Shown in pieces: positions 9,222 through 10,555 of a DNA stretch of 10,555 nt. Every line of letters begins with the position of its first letter. The stretch's first letter is position 1. The notes beneath the pieces were generated by a model. That model did no database searches. It worked only from the letters and a program-made list of their open reading frames with translations, and was not told the DNA's origin. Made by a program: the position numbers and the translations under genes. Source of the DNA: Octopus sinensis (Eukaryota). The stretch is from assembly GCF_006345805.1 (NCBI RefSeq), contig NW_021827355.1:1-10555 (forward strand), written 5' to 3'.

Positions 9222-9336
9222 GTGACCGGTTATATTACTGGGAGAAAAGGGTCTGCCTATTTAAGTCGTTACTTGTTCTGTATCACTTTACATCTCTCTA
9301 GCAAGCTGAAGCACGTGGTAAGCAGCAAATACAAAA

Positions 9337-9457
9337 ATGGTATGGGGTAAGAAGCTTGCTTCCCGACTACATATTCTTGGGTTCAGTCCCACTGCGTGGC
9401 ACCTTGGCAAGTGCCTTCTGAGTGGATTTGGTAGACGGAAACTGAAAAAGCCCGTCG

Positions 9458-9500
<43 letters not shown>

Positions 9501-9700
9501 CTGTGTTTGTCCCCCACCATCGCTTGACAACTGATATTGGCGTGTTTACGTACACGTCACTTAGCGGTTCGTCAAAATAATCATAGAATAAGTGGTATGC
9601 TTACGAGATAATTAGTTCTGGGTCAATTTGTTCGACTAAAGATGGCGCCCCGTCATGGCCGCAGTCAAATGATGAAACAAGTAAAAGAATAAAAGAATAA
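9337..9700 (+). mobile_element. Diverged tRNA-derived SINE with CORE-like motif and internal (TA)n(TG)n microsatellite
   Basis: Eroded A box (~9338-9350), B-box-like GGTTCAGTCCC (9380-9390), CACCTTGGCAAGT (9400-9412; cf. CORE-SINE ACCTTGGGCAAGT), internal (TA)/(TG) at 9458-9505, 3' tail matching the 4182 SINE and ending in (TAAAAGAA)x2. Confidence 0.85.
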
Positions 9701-9702
9701 AT

Positions 9703-9736
<34 letters not shown>

Positions 9737-10130
9737 GTATGCATGTATGTATATATGTGTGTGTATGTGTGTGTGTAATGTAATGAAATATATGATAATA
9801 TATATATATATGTTATAACATATACATACGTATTTATTTCTGATAAATCAGATGTTTATGAGTTTACAAAAGGTGTGTGTGTGTGTGTATTAGTGTGTTT
9901 GTATGTGTGTGTGTGTTGTGTGTGAGAGTGCGTGTGAGGTGTAAGCTTACATATGTGTATATATACATATGTGTGTGTGTATGTATTTATGTAAGTAACT
10001 ACGGCCTCACTCATATACATACATCCATATATACATGCGCGCTCACATAGACGCATACGCGCACACACACTCACGCATATATATTGTATGTACGGGTGTA
10101 TGGGGGTGTATGCATGTACGTATGAATGTA
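9701..10130. repeat. Compound (CA)/(TA)/(TG) low-complexity region
   Basis: Seen directly. Confidence 0.88.
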
Positions 10131-10200
10131 TGGCCACAGATCGTGAGCTGAAACTAGATAAAATAAAATAAAAAAATAAAATATGTATATAAACATGTAT

Positions 10201-10218
10201 ATCATCATCATCATTATC

Positions 10219-10249
<31 letters not shown>
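10201..10249. repeat. (ATC)n microsatellite
   Basis: Seen directly; it explains the poly-Asp and poly-Met ORFs. Confidence 0.93.
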
Positions 10250-10264
10250 ACATAGTTGTTGTTA

Positions 10265-10372
10265 AGTTTGAATTCCACTGAGGATGGCAACTTTCATCCG
10301 GTCGGGGTCGATGTAATTGTATAGCCCACCCTCCTTAAAAATTGCTGGCCGTGTGCCAAAATTTGAAACCAT
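10265..10372 (+). mobile_element. 5'-truncated SINE fragment (third family) followed by a (TTA/TTG)n tail
   Basis: B-box-like GTTTGAATTCC, then GAGG...CTTTCATCC..TCGGGGTCGAT, alignable to 10490-10549. Ends ...GTGCCAAAATTTGAAACC followed by trinucleotide repeats. Confidence 0.7.
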
Positions 10373-10489
10373 CGTTATTATTGCTATTGTTATTGTTATT
10401 ATTGCTGTCGTCATTATTGTATGCCGGGTATATTTGCTGTGTTTTTTATAAGTTTTCTGTTGACTTATCACCTTATTATTATTATCACC

Positions 10490-10555
10490 GTTTAAATTAC
10501 TCCGAGGTGGACTTTGCCTTTTATCGTTTCGGAGTCGACTAAATAAGAACCAGTT
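10490..10555 (+). mobile_element. SINE fragment of the same family as 10265-10372, running off the window end
   Basis: GTTTAAATTACTCCGAGGTGGACTTTGCCTTTTATCGTTTCGGAGTCGACTAAATAAGAACCAGTT aligns with the upstream copy and resembles a conserved SINE central domain. Confidence 0.72.

Noticed and set aside
1-10555. CRISPR array, operon or prokaryotic defence system
   Set aside because: No repeat-spacer structure and no gene-dense coding; the sequence is animal-type repetitive DNA.

Overview
AT-rich, microsatellite-dense eukaryotic non-coding DNA (intronic or intergenic). The SINE families and repeat landscape resemble what I recall of octopus/coleoid cephalopod genomes; this is an inference, not a database result. 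No intact protein-coding gene is supportable, and nearly all ORFs in the track are translations of simple repeats. The window holds: (1) a dead, internally deleted mariner (DD34D) transposase with its probable 3' TIR (1-840); (2) a repeat at ~860-1204 with a degenerate minimal hammerhead-ribozyme-like motif (possible Penelope-like terminal repeat), plus a diverged inverted partial copy across a (TA)n tract; (3) at least three kinds of SINE, two of which share one 3' tail on different heads; (4) many long simple repeats; (5) two GC-richer islands with splice-like signals (~3900-4108 and ~6570-6732) that could be 5' exons of an unidentified + strand gene. I see no convincing evidence of a new biological system. 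The best leads are the ribozyme-like repeat, the tail-sharing SINEs and the candidate exons.
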